From assembly GCF_035084215.1 (NCBI RefSeq), contig NC_090353.1, forward strand, positions 31,868,001-31,932,000: DNA of 64,000 nt, given 5' to 3'. How positions within the stretch are numbered: position 1 is the stretch's first letter; every line of letters begins with the position of its first letter. Positions 62,246 to 64,000 of the stretch are shown here, one piece after another. Both the position numbers and the translations under genes were made by a program. The notes below the pieces were generated by a model. It ran no database searches. It worked only from the letters and a program-made list of their open reading frames with translations, and was not told the origin of the DNA. Origin of the DNA: Heptranchias perlo. Lineage: Eukaryota.

Positions 62246-64000
62246 GTAGAACGAACAAGCGCTGTAATGGACATCTACCCTGAAATAATTTTATTTGGTT
62301 TCATCAAAGCGGCGATTGATCACAAGTGGGGAATGGGGGGGGGGGGGAGAAGAGTTAATAACCTTTCTTATTCATTGTGTAGCCAAGAATTACTTGTCTG
62401 TAAAACTCCAAATTTCATATTAAGTTCCACGAAACCAGATTCTATTTGGGACTCACTCACGGTCGACTTGGTATTTTTTTGGTGTATGAAACTGACAAGG
62501 GCGTCAGTTTCTGCCTCAGTGTAACTGAGCACATGCCTTCTCTTTGTCTGGTGTTTCCCCCTACCTCGAAATGGAAGAGTTTTATACCTGATCTGACAGA
62601 TGCTGTTACTGGATACAACCGTTTTAGGTGGATCAGGATTTCAGTGTCACTTTCAGCAAGCGGAACACGCGTGAATATCGCCAAATGCTACACTTTTTGG
62701 TGAACTTAAAGTTTCTTCTCCATCTGTGAGACTTCTCAATTGTAGTTCAATCACATTGTGCAGCACAGGGTCATCGGCGACTGCCCTTTTGCGAATGTTA
62801 TTCTCTGCACAGTAGCATTGAGGGGAAGACTCCCAGACGGGTAGACTTCTGCAGAGTTTAAACCCACACTCACGTTCCTTTCATGTTCCAGAGTTATCCC
62901 ACAGTATGAAACCAATTGACCCCAATGCTCTTGCTGTCACAGACAGTTAAATCCTCCCGCAATTGGGAATTTCGCTCCCTCCCTCCTCCCGGCGCTTGAA
63001 GTCATCGCTTTGTGTCTGGTCACCAGTTGGGCTCAACTTTCGCCGGTCGGATCTTTTCCTGACACCAGCGATACAGCCACGAGAGGATGGTAAATCACTC
63101 AGTGATAACTTCCTAACGCGAGTCAAGCCATAGCAGGAAACTTGGCTGGACACCCCCCCACCTCTAGCCCAGGTGGGCCGAGGCCAATCGTAGCGCCTCA
63201 CCTGCTGCCCTAGCTAACTCAAGCCAAACCTGAAGCCTTGGTGCTCTGGCTCTGTACCACAATGGACATTGCACGTACACACTGAGCTTCCAGGGGATAA
63301 GACGGGGTGTTTCCTGATCCAGATAGCTTTGCTACACTTGTTTAACGTGCTCGTAACAAATTGTTGTCTGCAATTTATGACACCCAAAATTACACCCATT
63401 CGTGTACTCTTTCTGCCTATGTCCATTTACACCCGAATTTCCTGCCAATCTCATTAACAAACACGAGAAGGTAAAAATGGGCCGAAACAAATGGAAATCC
63501 GTCTTGATTCATTGCAAATTAGATGGATTTCTTTCATAAAATAACTTTTTGGGATATAGGAAATGTGGTAAGTGTAACAGGCTTGGGAGCAACAGGTGAC
63601 TTTGGACCTCTGGTTCCCAAAGCTCTCCACCACTGGGGGTTTTCCTCACCTCATGTCTGGGTCTGTTGTGGATTCATTGATAGAGATTGATCGCTACGAT
63701 TAGTCAACAACTCCATTCTCATTGTATCATGCAACTACCAGGATGGTGGTAGGCGAACTAGAACCTTGCTCTTTTTTTGTCTAGCAATTCCTATGTTCCT
63801 AAACAATCGGGGCCCAAGGAAAGTTCTGAACTCTCACCATATATTCCTTTTTTAAGTATGGAAATTAAAGTTTCAAACCATCTAACCATTATTCATGCAT
63901 ATTAGGCACAGCATGCAATCGTGGCAGCTTTTCAGTTTTTAATGTGGCTCATGCTGAAGTCGTCAAAATGAATTCAAAGAAACAGAAAATACACAGAGCC

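Overview
Eukaryotic, repeat-rich vertebrate DNA. The repeat set (CR1 and L2 LINE 3' ends, Deu-domain tRNA SINEs, LF-SINE-like and Penelope elements) is typical of a cartilaginous fish; the taxon is my inference. Host genes: (1) a complete 3-exon FAM174C-like gene on the minus strand (19402-19134, 8144-8022, 3550-3547; 131 aa); (2) a complete 2-exon WFIKKN1 (GASP-2) gene on the minus strand (35736-35467, 32165-30675; 586 aa); (3) exon 1 of a second, diverged WFIKKN1 copy on the plus strand (61985-62245), with its exon 2 presumably beyond the window. The two WFIKKN1 copies sit head-to-head about 26 kb apart and look like an old inverted duplication. Between them lie a highly conserved inverted non-coding pair (about 42834-43426 and 47257-48077) and a near-perfect 45-bp-arm hairpin (45943-46058). 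Also present: a young 5'-truncated Penelope element just upstream of FAM174C, several Penelope-type minimal hammerhead ribozymes (two in one palindrome), a Harbinger fossil, hAT-like MITEs and two minisatellites. Most short ORFs in the track are TE fragments or noise. TE boundaries are approximate, and family names come from recalled consensus sequences, not searches.
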